From Eledone cirrhosa (taxonomy: Eukaryota): 64,000 nt of DNA. Positions 1 to 13,689 of the stretch are shown here, piece by piece (positions within the stretch are counted from its first letter, which is position 1; every line of letters begins with the position of its first letter). Where the stretch lies: assembly GCA_964016885.1 (NCBI GenBank), contig OZ024744.1, positions 89,590,001 through 89,654,000 of the forward strand, read 5' to 3'. Below the pieces are notes generated by a model, which saw only the letters and a list, made by a program, of their open reading frames with translations, searched no databases and was not told where the DNA came from. The translations under genes and the position numbers were made by a program.

Positions 1-53
1 TCTGAAATTGAACTATCAAGACCGTTGTGGTATGTCATACATCAATTCATGTA

Positions 54-115
54 TTTTATCTGACGAGGACGTACTGAAAAAACAGCACAGTACCTTCGAA
101 ATATATATAATAAAA
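54..115 (+). ncRNA. Type I hammerhead ribozyme, TATA-stem III family
   Basis: TTTTAT-CTGACGA-..GTACTG..CAGTAC..-GAAA-TATATA-TA-ATAAAA. Confidence 0.75.
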
Positions 116-419
116 CATATATTCTGATTATGTGAATGTTTTCATTTATTAATATTCTGAATAATATATATATATATATGAAACACAAATTTAAAAATTT
201 TGAAGACCAACACAATGCGTTATGATGGTTGTTAAAATTGCCAAGATAACAAAAGAATCTTACCTTAGCAAATTTAACGATCCCAAATACCCATTATCAA
301 GGGAGTGGCAATATAAGAGACTATCCAATTGATTTTAAGTATCTTATAGGGTCCCTCCCTTGATAATGGGTTTTTAAAACTATTTGGGATCGTTAAATTT
401 TATATACATTACGTGCTAG

Positions 420-1770
420 ATTCCCGGACTTCCACACGGGAATATACCGCGGCGATGGTCTGACCCTATGGAGCCTTAAAAGTGCTCACGACCTCGACCG
501 GTTTAAAAAAGATTTAATTTCTACTTTTAATGAGTTAGGACTTAGGATAACAGTAGCTACCAACCTCTCTAGCGTAGATTTCTTAGACATAAATTTAGAC
601 CTTCATACACATATCTTCAGACCCTTCCATAAACTAAACGAAAAACTTAATTACATACACAAGGACTCATGCCACCCTCCTACTGTTTTTAGAAACTTCC
701 TAAATAATATCGGTACTAGAATCTCTAACCTCTCCTCTAATAAAGCAATCTTTGACAGAGCAGCCCCCTACTACAACACGGCGTTAGCTAACAACGGCTT
801 CTCGCAACCAATTACTTTCACCTCCGCTAACAACAACAACAATAAAAAAAGAAATCGTAACAATAAACAAACTATCTGGTTCTCTCCTCCCTTCTCACTC
901 ATCGTTAAAACTAATGTAGGAAAAATGTTGTTAGCCCTCTTAGATAGACACTTTCCCATAGGTCTATACTGCTCCATCTTTAACAGACACAGAGTAAAAC
1001 TAGGGTACTCCTGCGCTAAGAATATGAAGGCCCACATCACAGACAGTCCTAAGAGCGGCACCCCATCAGGATGCTCTTGCAGAAAGCCTGAAGCTTGTCT
1101 CTTTCAACAATGCAACACACCCGCTGTAGTTTGTGAAGCTGTGGTCACTTCCAACCGACCAAATCAACAACAGGAGGTCAAATCCTATGTGGGTATGGCG
1201 GAGGGCCGGTTTGAGGAACGCTTCCTGAACCATCAGTCGACCTTTAGGTTCTCGAACAAAAGATCATCCACGAAGCTCGCGAGCCACGTATGGTCTCTGA
1301 AGGACTCAGGTATAGACTACTCCATTCAATGGAAAGCTATCACTAAGTCCACGCCATACGCATGGAGTAATCTGTCTTGTGGACTGTGTATTGAAGAAAG
1401 AATCAATATTCTAAGGAGGTTACGCAATAGCGATTGCTTAAATTCAAGAAATGAACTTTTCTCATGTTGTCCACACGTCTGGAAACACCTCTTGCATAAC
1501 TATAAAGCTCCGGATTGAATAACATCAAGATTCTAATATTCTAATCAACTCGAACAATTTATTCCGGACATTCGCAGTTATCTCCCTTACACCTTTCGAC
1601 CGTGGATTTTAATCGCTTAGGACAAGTGACTGTTTCTGCGCATGCGCGTTCATACTGTTGTTTCTCCTTTTCTTGTTCCGTATAACCATTATCAGTCCGA
1701 GCTTAAGATCCGCATAAGGTAAAACAATCGTTCTCGGTATGGTGAACTAACTGTTGCGTTACTACTTATT
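420..1770 (+). mobile_element. 5'-truncated, degenerate Penelope-like retroelement (RT C-terminus, GIY-YIG endonuclease, 3' pLTR)
   Basis: YRGDG/DFLDI RT remnants, IWFSPPFS, CSCRKPEAC linker, VCEAVV..SYVGMAE..F..RF.NH GIY-YIG, CGLCIEE, NSRNE..SCCPH (ORF 925..1518). 3' end runs into (TA)n and carries a decayed hammerhead at 1697-1737. Confidence 0.9.
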
Positions 1771-1835
1771 TATATATATATATATATATAAATACATTAT
1801 CGGAGAAAGCTAATAGCGATACTCCGGCCAAATCT

Positions 1836-1929
<94 letters not shown>

Positions 1930-2119
1930 CAAAGGAAGTGTGGTAAGGAACCAGGTGGACCATAACGCACCAGAGTACTCGATACTTTGGGTAATAAAGT
2001 TTGTAATAGGAAAATAGTCAGAACCCCGACGGCAGAGCTCAAGCCGTTTCGACAGCTATTTCTGAGTCCAGAAATAGCCATCGAAACGGCTTGAGCTCTG
2101 CCGCCGGGGTGCTGACTAT

Positions 2120-2271
<152 letters not shown>

Positions 2272-2912
2272 TCATGTAATAAACAACATAAGATAATTAT
2301 TTCATTTACCAAAGGTTTCACGAAGACAGACGAGCTTGGCACAGATGTCTGCCTTCAATCAACAGAATGAATTTTATTTAAAATGGAAGTAAGATATGGA
2401 TTTCAAAACAGAGTCTAGGACAATTGAAAGCGAGGCTGAAATAAAATAACGGACATAATGTAAAGGGGAAAATAAAAAAAGTATATGTATAATATACAAA
2501 CACATATACAAGCACATGCTCACGCATATACATATACTTCCACATACGTTCACATATACGTATATGTGCGCCTACATGCAAATACAAACACACACATATA
2601 CATGTGTTCATACACTCACACATGCGCACTCACACGCACACATGCACATACACGTACCCCAAAATATACACAAATATACATACACACATATCTCCATACG
2701 TACATACATATATATATATATACATATATATACAAACACATATATACATACATATATACATACACAAACATATTTACAAACATATATATATATGTATATA
2801 CACGTACATATACACACACATACATATACGCACACACGCGCACGCTTACACACATGCATGCACACAGACACACACATGGATATATATATACACACACACG
2901 TACATACAAACA

Positions 2913-2967
<55 letters not shown>

Positions 2968-3250
2968 TCATACACACACGCACGCACACATACGGACATG
3001 AACACATATACTCACACACGTACATAAACACATACACAACACACCACACACATGCATAAAAGTCGATACAGTTTAGTGGAAAAATGAGCAGAGACGAAAA
3101 TTGCTAAAAAGAATAAGGGGTCCGCCGAGCCGCGGATTACAGAGTCGGGTAAGATCGATACAGATCGAACCTTGAGCTGATCAGTGGCGAAACGCGCGTC
3201 ACCAACCAATAAATGTAATGAAGGAGTAACCAATCGTCCTTGTTATCTTT

Positions 3251-3312
<62 letters not shown>

Positions 3313-3349
3313 TATAACTATATACACACACACACAGACACATATATAT

Positions 3350-3491
<142 letters not shown>

Positions 3492-3969
3492 GTGTGTGCG
3501 TGTGTGTATGTGTGTGTGTGTGAGAGTTACGCATGTGCTTTTACAAAGCTTTGCGTCATTCACAAAGTTGGTGCAGAACAAAATACCTGTTGATAACGTG
3601 ATATTCCTTGTTCGATCATTATACCAAAAGCTTATAGTTTTAAGCAGACAGTATTATTGATTTAGGTGTCATAGAGACCCTGCATTTGGATTTTACCATC
3701 AATTCCAATGGGTCCAGGTCGGTTATATATGTGTATATGTATATATATATATATATGATTTTATCATTTATTTGTTTGACCTGTTTAGCTTGACTTGTTT
3801 TTTGGGTTAGATGGTTAATGCCTTCTTGACGACTTTTTCAGTTTGTATGGCGTTTTAACATATATGTTTAACTCTGGTTTTTAACTATAGAGCGCTTGCC
3901 AGCATAACTCTGATTTTGCGTTTCGTTTCGGTTTTTCTCCCCGCCGAAATGCGATGCGATTCTCGCTGA

Positions 3970-4032
<63 letters not shown>

Positions 4033-4321
4033 TTAATATTCCCACGGGTACTAAGTACCCCTGGAAATATATAGGTTGTCTATGATACAGGGTTGTTCAA
4101 TGGTATTAATTTGACATACCAGAACTATAATATTGAGATAAGCAGAACAAGCAAAAATTAAACAAGTTTTTAAAATAAATTAAAAAATATAATTTAGATA
4201 TTTACCTACTCTCAGTCGCTCTTACCGATCGGTTTCCCTTTGCAAAACATTAGAAATCCATAGGATTTTTAATGGAAAAGCAAAGAAAAAATTGTTTCAT
4301 TTTTGCTTGTTCTGCTTATCT

Positions 4322-4512
<191 letters not shown>

Positions 4513-4683
4513 ATGTATACTAAACAATACAATATAATTACCTCATTACCGGAGGTTTTCCAAATAAGACGGATACAAGAAATGTCCGCATTCGTTCGTC
4601 AGACAAAGCAATTAAATATTTAGCTCTGTAACTTACATAGAGCACTCTTCATTCCTCTGACTTTTTCAACGGAAACTTCAACA

Positions 4684-4809
<126 letters not shown>

Positions 4810-5006
4810 ATTCAAGAAATCCCGGATGCTCGAGTGGGCCATGGTGGCCAAACCCTGATTTGTGACACTTCGCCAGGTGGTGCTATTAAGTTAGACATGG
4901 CCTGGGCCAATACTGGCCGAAACCTATCAAAGTAAAGTTATATATATATATACACATACATATACATATATACATATACTATGTCAGGGTATGTCATGTA
5001 TCATTT

Positions 5007-5073
5007 TATTTTATCTGATGATGACGTACTGTTGAACTTAACTCAGTACCTCTGAAATATGTATAATAAAATA
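5007..5073 (+). ncRNA. Type I hammerhead ribozyme, TATA-stem III family
   Basis: TATTTTAT-CTGATGA-..GTACTG..CAGTAC..-GAAA-TATGTA-TA-ATAAAATA, 8-bp stem I. Confidence 0.8.
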
Positions 5074-5278
5074 TAATTCATCACAAGAATATCTATTTTG
5101 TTAATATTTTGAATTAATATATATATATATATATAAAAGTATAGAGGTGTAACACACGAGTTGTGATATATTGGTAAAAGGACTGAATACTAACCAATAC
5201 TTATTACTAATTTTTACTTATTCCTAACTAAACTATTTTTCACTGGGAACAATTTGTCAGCATTTTCTTTTCCTTTTA

Positions 5279-5347
<69 letters not shown>

Positions 5348-6051
5348 ATTGAAATTTCCGTTGAAAACAGAAAAGGTCATAGAAGTGAAGAGTGCTCTAT
5401 GTAAGTATCAGAGCAAAATTTAATGTATAAAAATCAATACAATATAATTACCTCATTACCAGAGGTTTCCTGAATGAGGCGAATACGAAAGAAACGTCTT
5501 CATTCGTTCGTCAGACGAGGCAATATAAAACATGGGTAAATACTTGGAAAGTCTCATCAAGAAAAGCAAAAAAACAAAAAAACAAAAAAGATATAGACAA
5601 ATGAATTAGAATATGAAATATATAATAATCTTTCAAGAAATATAGTTAGGTGTGTGTATATGTATGTATATATGCTCACAGATGTGCACATATGTATACG
5701 TATAGTGAAAAAGTGTGCGTAAATATATAATTTAGGGCAAATGTATCTGTATGTCTGTAATCTACAGACAGAATAGATACATCATAAGAATATGAAGGCA
5801 CGCACATAAACACACCTACACACACGTACACTTAGATGCGGAAGTAAAAGAGGTAAGGGAGTGTAATAATTAAAGGAAAGTATCAATCTCGATATATTTA
5901 TAAAAATGGAACAATAATTTAGAAAGAAAAAATTAAAGAAAAGAAGACAAAAAAGGTACATACATACACACACACGTATATCTCACAAAAGAAACGCAAA
6001 AATATACATGCTTATATACACACGCACACTTACACATCCATACGTTCGATA

Positions 6052-6090
<39 letters not shown>

Positions 6091-6227
6091 TTACACTCAC
6101 GCATATTGACCTGTTTGCATGCACACGCATAAAAATGAGGATGTAAAAAAAGGGGGGGGGGGGAAGAAAAAAGGAACAAAACATAAAACCTAGATGTAAA
6201 AACACGGATATAAAGACACATACACAT

Positions 6228-6305
<78 letters not shown>

Positions 6306-6655
6306 GCACGCGCGCGCACATACGTAGTCGCTCATGTACATATATAGAAAGTATACACACATTAAGGCGTTCAGCCACATTGATACAGGGTGTAAAAATA
6401 TATATATATATATATACGATATTAAACAAATGGAAACTATATTTATAAAACCATATTTATTTCATTATACATATTTCAGGGATACCATATTAGAAATATG
6501 GCATGCCTTCTTCAGATAAAATACAATATATAAGCAGTTTTATAAATAAATTTGACGTACCATAAATATTGTTCAACTTCCATTTAAAAAAGTTGATGGA
6601 AGTTGAACAATATTTATGGTACGTCAAATTTATTTATAAAACTGCTTATATATTG

Positions 6656-6721
6656 TATTTTATCTGAAGAAGGCATGCCATATTTCTAATATGGTATCCC
6701 TGAAATATGTATAATGAAATA
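6656..6721 (+). ncRNA. Type I hammerhead ribozyme, TATA-stem III family (mirror copy about 6455-6522 on minus)
   Basis: TATTTTAT-CTGAAGA-AGG..ATGCCATAT..ATATGGTAT..CCT-GAAA-TATGTA-TA-ATGAAATA in perfect inverted repeat 6412-6767. Confidence 0.8.
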
Positions 6722-6848
6722 AATATGGTTTTATAAATATAGTTTCCATTTGTTTAATATCGTATATCTACTCCAAAACTTGTTGAGTGCTTTATATCAG
6801 TTATAAAATATTTATTCGTTGTAACCCAACAATTTTAAATAAAACTTT

Positions 6849-6883
<35 letters not shown>

Positions 6884-7646
6884 ATACTTTGGGAGGGTCA
6901 TGTTGCCAATAAGAAACACACGCACCAGTTGCTTTCACTTCAATTTATTATAATAAATTTATAATAAATTTATAAATTTATAAATTTCTGGTTGGTTGGT
7001 TGGTTCCACAACCAGATAGTTGTTTATATATTGTCATAGTTCTTTCGTCACACACTCTGTGACCTCTTCAGTGACTGGGGGTTCCTTTCTTTGTATCTGT
7101 GCCTCTCCTTTGTTCTGTCCTACGCCATTTTGTTTCTGTGTGTGTGTTCACACACAGAAACAAAATGGCGTAGGACAGAACACACACACAGAAACAAGTT
7201 TGTGGGTTGATGAGGTACTTACAGACATTTGTGTGGTATAGACTTGTGAAGGAAATAGTATACTTAATGAATATATTTCTGTGAGTAGTAGGTATCCTAA
7301 TTTAAAGCTATGTTGTGTTGGTTCGATTCACGGAGGTTTGAATCTTATGAATTTAGTGCCAATTCTATGTCTGCAGAAGATAGATCTTTCTAGAAAAAGA
7401 TCTATCTTCTACAGACATACCACACAAATGTCTGTAAGTACCTCATCAACCCACAAACTTATTCCTTCTCAGCTGCTGCCATCATTTGATCCTAAATCCT
7501 AGTTTTTCTCAAATCTCTGCTACAATGTAACTTTACCTTCCTTTTGCCATAATTACAATTAGCACGCTTATCTCTTTGCATGTATGTATATTTTTGTACG
7601 AGTGTATATTGATGTGTATGTATGTGTCTATGTACACATGCATGTG

Positions 7647-7744
<98 letters not shown>

Positions 7745-8458
7745 AATATATGCGTATATTACCTCGTTAACCTCTGTATTAACTCAACAACTATTTAGCT
7801 TTGACAGTGTTGTCCCACTCATGTATATTATTGAAGATGAAAAGAAAGACTGTAAACACTGGCTTATCTTTATAATTTAAAATTGATACACACTTCGATA
7901 CTCTGTACATGCCAAACTCTTACTTTTGCCTCATGACAGCTAGTTTTACACGCCGTAATGTTCGATACATTATACCCCCCACCTAAGTAATGTCAGGGTC
8001 TCCTCAAATAATTTATTAATAGCATTGTTGTAATTGTTGTTATTGTTCTAACTGAATGCCATTACTACTTAATATAGTAGCCTGTATATTCTTTTCTTTC
8101 CTGTGTATTCTCTTCATTCTCCCATGCACCGAAGATCTGACTGGTTATAATTTTGTATTGGTGATCGAGTAACGTGAAAATAAGCGAATAGCGATCTCTA
8201 GACCTACCAGTTCAGAGAAACAATTGTCAGCTATGAGATTAAAAACCTTTTTTGTATAGCAAACCATGTCAACCTTCTTTCCTGATTTATTATTACTCCA
8301 AGTGTTTACAACATAAGAATTACAGCATACCCGCAGCATCACTATGAAAACGCCTTGTTGAGTCAAACCAAGCCAAGCGTTAATATCATCCACTACCTGG
8401 AATACCATAACTGGACTATACCTAAGTGGACTGCATTTAACTATTATTTGTTACCCCG

Positions 8459-8545
<87 letters not shown>

Positions 8546-8705
8546 TACATATATACACACACACATACACATTTATACACGCATACACGCAAATCCGTAC
8601 ATACACGCACATACTCATACATATATTCACACGCATATATACAGATACAAACATGGACACCTATTTACGCGCATAAACAATATAAGAACAAGAACACATG
8701 TAATT

Positions 8706-9556
8706 TATATATATAAAGCTGTAGTTGTCTGTCTGTCTATGGATTTTTGGCACACATCTCCTCTTAGAATCCCTGACGGAATTGCACCGAAATTGCTATA
8801 CTTGTACATTGAGCCCTAGCGAAGACATCGGGAAAAAAATATTTCAAATTGACCCACCCTATGTGACGAAATCGAATCTAATGTATCGATTTTTGAGCGT
8901 AAGTGACGAGTTATTTCCCTTTGTTCTATATATATAAAGCTGTGGTTGTCTGTTTGTCTATCGATTTTTGGCACACATCTCTTAGAATCTCTGACGGAAT
9001 TGCACCAAAATTGCTATACTTGTACATTGAGCCCTAGCGAAGACATCGGAAAAAAAATATTTCAAATTGACCCACCCTATGTGACGAAATCGAATCTAAT
9101 GTATCAATTTTTGAGCGTAAGTGACGAGTTATTTCCCTTTGTTCTGTTTACATTTTCTGCGAGCAAAAATTAAAAAAATTACGCTGGCTTTCTCAGCGTT
9201 TAAAATGACATTAACACAATACACGAACAGTTGTCGAGCCAGCAAAATTTTGACCTGCAAAATTCATCATTTCGAACACTAAGCTTCCGTTTTGCTTCAT
9301 TTCCATTTAAAAGCCTTTTAAAACAATATTTTTACTTGAAAACAAGTCTATTTAAAGACTACGTAAAACAAGCAAATATTTCGTAAAAAAAAGCAAAAAT
9401 TATATAAGTTTATTTAAAATATATGTATCTGTAAATTTCGTTAGGCGTGCAGACAGACAGTCGTGCAGACAGACTTTAAGCCAAAAAAGAAACTTAACAT
9501 TGTAACTTTAACACAGCTACTGAGCGACCCCGAGAAATACCGGGCTTTACTGCTAG
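8706..9556 (+). mobile_element. Non-autonomous Helitron-like element with a duplicated 5' segment of about 220 bp
   Basis: 5' TATATAAAGCTG..TGTCTGTCTG start (repeated at 8925). 3' hairpin CCCG-agaaatac-CGGG followed by CTAG|T at 9553-9556. Confidence 0.65.
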
Positions 9557-9865
9557 TTAAATATATATATATCAAAGAAATAGGATTTCACTTGAAGCAT
9601 AGCTTTATACATTATGTATAGATATTTCGTATCTCCAAAGAAATACGGTTTTAGGAAGCTGTAGCTATGCAAACACCGGAGGGCTAACGCCCTCTGGTGA
9701 TGTCCAGCAGAAGCAAAGGGGGCAACCGTCTATGCATTTCAGGCTTAGCTGGCCATCGTCAGGACGGTCCCTACCACCGCTTGCGACTGTTGGACTAGAT
9801 GACAGACGAGAATATATAGTTTTCTCGTCTGTGTATAGTTTTCTCAGTCGCAAGCGGTGGGAGGG

Positions 9866-9909
9866 ACCGTCCTGACGATGGCCAGCTAAGCCTGAAATGC
9901 ATAGACGGT
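9866..9909 (+). ncRNA. Type I hammerhead ribozyme, with a mirror copy on the minus strand at 9725-9768
   Basis: ACCGTC-CTGACGA-tGGCcagctaaGCCt-GAAAT-GC-ATA-GACGGT. Palindromic ATGCAT stem III. Lies in inverted repeat 9700-9933. Confidence 0.85.
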
Positions 9910-9929
9910 TGTCCCCTTGCTTCTGCTGG

Positions 9930-10720
9930 ACATTTATTATAATGCTCGGTGTGTTTGTAAACAAACATCCCGTATTAAGCCGTAGTGTCCAGCAACCATC
10001 GTTGCTCGTTTGTTCAACACTGACAAAGGAACGCTGTACTAGTTTCAAGCTTATTAGCTATCATCAGCAACGTATACCTTCCTGCCAGATTGTTGAACGT
10101 ATTTACTTACCTTATGCATATTAACGGCTGAGTGGCCCAATTTGCATATCGAGTGGGTTAATCGGCCGGGTGCACCGAAAACGATAAACGCAAAAATGTA
10201 ACGAAATTTCATTTCCCACTCTTAGTACGGCTTTTACTTAAATATAAGTATGTACACGTACATACATATATGTATGCAGACGTACAGTAGTATGTATATA
10301 TATATATATATATATACATACATGCACACATATATATATGTACGTATGGATTCACCGAATATTTATTATAATGCTCGGTGTGTTTGTAAACAAACATCCC
10401 GTATTAAGCCGTAGTGTCCAGCAACCATCGTTGCTCGTTTGTTCAACACTGACAAAGGAACGCTGTACTAGTTTCAAGCTTATTAGCTATCATCAGCAAC
10501 GTATACCTTCCTGCCAGATTATTGAACGTATTTACTTACCTTATGCATATTAACGGCTGAGTGGCCCAATTTGCATATCGAGTGGGTTAATCGGCCGGGT
10601 GCACCGAAAACGATAAATGCAAAAAATGAAACGAAATTTCATTTCCCACTCTTAGTACGGCTTTTACTTAAATATAAGTATGTACACGTACATACATATA
10701 TGTATGCAGACGTACAGTAG

Positions 10721-10772
<52 letters not shown>

Positions 10773-12032
10773 CATGCACACATATATATGTACGTATGGA
10801 TTCACCGAATATTTATTATAATGCTCGGTGTGTTTGTAAACAAACATCCCGTATTAAGCCGTAGTGTCCAGCAACCATCGTTGCTCGTTTGTTCCACACT
10901 GACAAAGGAACGCTGTACTAGTTTCAAGCTTATTAGCTATCATCAGCAACGTATACCTTCCTGCCAGATTGTTGAACGTATTTACTTACCTTATGCATAT
11001 TAACGGCTGAGTGGCCCAATTTGCATATCGAGTGGGTTAATCGGCCGGGTGCACCGAAAACGATAAACGCAAAAATGTAACGAAATTTCATTTCCCACTC
11101 TTAGTACGGCTTTTACTTAAATATAAGTATGTACACGTACATACATATATGTATGCAGACGTACAGTAGTATGTATATATATATATATATATATACACAC
11201 ACATGCACACATATATATATGTACGTATGGATTCACCGAATATTTATTATAATGCTCGGTGTGTTTGTAAACAAACATCCCGTATTAAGCCGTAGTGTCC
11301 AGCAACCAACGTTGCTCGTTTATTCAACACTGACAAAGGAACGCTGTACTAGTTTCAAGCTTATTAGCTATCATCAGCAACGTATACCTTCCTGCCAGAT
11401 TATTGAACGTATTTACTTACCTTATGCATATTAACGGCTGAGTGGCCCAATTTGCATATCGAGTGGGTTAATCGGCCGGGTGCACCGAAAACGATAAATG
11501 CAAAAAATGAAACGAAATTTCATTTCCCACTCTTAGTACGGCTTTTACTTAAATATAAGTATGTACACGTACATACATATATGTATGCAGACGTACAGTA
11601 GTATGTATATATATATATATATATATACATACATGCACACATATATATATGTACGTATGGATTCACCGAACATTTATTATAATGCTCGGTGTGTTTGTAA
11701 ACAAACATCCCGTATTAAGCCGTAGTGTCCAGCAACCATCGTTGCTCGTTTGTTCAACACTGACAAAGGAACGCTGTACTAGTTTCAAGCTTATTAGCTA
11801 TCATCAGCAACGTATACCTTCCTGCCAGATTGTTGAACGTATTTACTTACCTTATGCATATTAACGGCTGGGTGGCCCAATTTGCATATCGAGTGGGTTA
11901 ATCGGCCGGGTGCACTGAAAAAGATAAATGCAAAAAAATGAAACGAAATTTCATTTCCCACTCTTAGTACGGCTTTCACTTAAATATAAGTATGTACACG
12001 TACATACATATATGTATGCAGACGTACAGTAG

Positions 12033-12076
<44 letters not shown>

Positions 12077-12474
12077 CATGCACACATATATATGTACGTA
12101 TGGATTCACCGAATATTTATTATAATGCTCGGTGTGTTTGTAAACAAACATCCCGTATTAAGCCGTAGTGTCCAGCAACCATCGTTGCTCGTTTGTTCCA
12201 CACTGACAAAGGAACGCTGTACTAGTTTCAAGCTTATTAGCTATCATCAGCAACGTATACCTTCCTGCCAGATTGTTGAACGTATTTACTTACCTTATGC
12301 ATATTAACGGCTGAGTGGCCCAATTTGCATATCGAGTGGGTTAATCGGCCGGGTGCACCGAAAACGATAAACGCAAAAAATGAAACGAAATTTCATTTCC
12401 CACTCTTAGTACGGCTTTTACTTAAATATAAGTATGTACACGTACATACATATAAGTATGCAGACGTACAGTAG

Positions 12475-12522
<48 letters not shown>

Positions 12523-13359
12523 CATGCACACATATATATATATGTACGTATGGATTCACTGAACATTTATTATAATGCTCGGTGTGTTTGTAAACAAACA
12601 TCCCGTATTAAGCCGTAGTGTCCAGCAACCATCGTTGCTCGTTTGTTCAACACTGACAAAGGAACGCTGTACTAGTTTCAAGCTTATTAGCTATCATCAG
12701 CAACGTATACCTTCCTGCCAGATTATTGAACGTATTTACTTACCTTATGCATATTAACGGCTGAGTGGCCCAATTTGCATATCGAGTGGGTTAATCGGCC
12801 GGGTGCACCGAAAACGATAAATACAAAAAATGAAACGAAATTTCATTTCCCACTCTTAGTACGGCTTTTACTTAAATATAAGTATGTACACGTACATACA
12901 TATATGTATGCAGACGTACAGTAGTATGTATATATATATATATATATATATATACATACATGCACACATATATATATGTACGTATGGATTCACCGAACAT
13001 TTATTATAATGCTCGGTGTGTTTGTAAACAAACATCCCGTATTAAGCCGTAGTGTCCAGCAACCATCGTTGCTCGTTTGTTCAACACTGACAAAGGAACG
13101 CTGTACTAGTTTCAAGCTTATTAGCTATCATCAGCAACGTATACCTTCCTGCCAGATTGTTGAACGTATTTACTTACCTTATGCATATTAACGGCTGGGT
13201 GGCCCAATTTGCATATCGAGTGGGTTAATCGGCCGGGTGCACTGAAAAAGATAAATGCAAAAAAATGAAACGAAATTTCATTTCCCACTCTTAGTACGGC
13301 TTTCACTTAAATATAAGTATGTACACGTACATACATATATGTATGCAGACGTACAGTAG

Positions 13360-13399
<40 letters not shown>

Positions 13400-13689
13400 C
13401 ATGCACACATATATATGTACGTATGGATTCACCGAATATTTATTATAATGCTCGGTGTGTTTGTAAACAAACATCCCGTATTAAGCCGTAGTGTCCAGCA
13501 ACCATCGTTGCTCGTTTGTTCCACACTGACAAAGGAACGCTGTACTAGTTTCAAGCTTATTAGCTATCATCAGCAACGTATACCTTCCTGCCAGATTGTT
13601 GAACGTATTTACTTACCTTATGCATATTAACGGCTGAGTGGCCCAATTTGCATATCGAGTGGGTTAATCGGCCGGGTGCACCGAAAACG
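9930..13689 (-). repeat. Tandem array of about 8.7 monomers (429-450 bp), each with a hammerhead ribozyme on the minus strand
   Basis: Near-identical units. Hammerheads start at 10031, 10460, 10910, 11341, 11771, 12214, 12664, 13098 and 13537. Length variation comes mainly from an internal (TA)n tract. Confidence 0.95.
10031..10073 (-). ncRNA. Minimal type I hammerhead ribozyme (representative of 9 array copies)
   Basis: Minus strand reads ACGTTG-CTGATGA-tAGCTaataAGCTt-GAAAC-TA-GTA-CAGCGT: 6-bp stem I, intact core, stem II, palindromic ACTAGT stem III, GUA cleavage triplet. Confidence 0.9.

Noticed and set aside
9897-13630. Repeated 60-107 aa ORF (MLGVFVNKHPVLSRS...) in each array unit
   Set aside because: No recognisable domain, variable starts inside the microsatellite, and antisense to the ribozyme. 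Its recurrence simply reflects the DNA repeat.
9930-13689. CRISPR-like interpretation of the array
   Set aside because: Units are about 440 bp with no unique spacers, there are no cas genes, and the context is eukaryotic.
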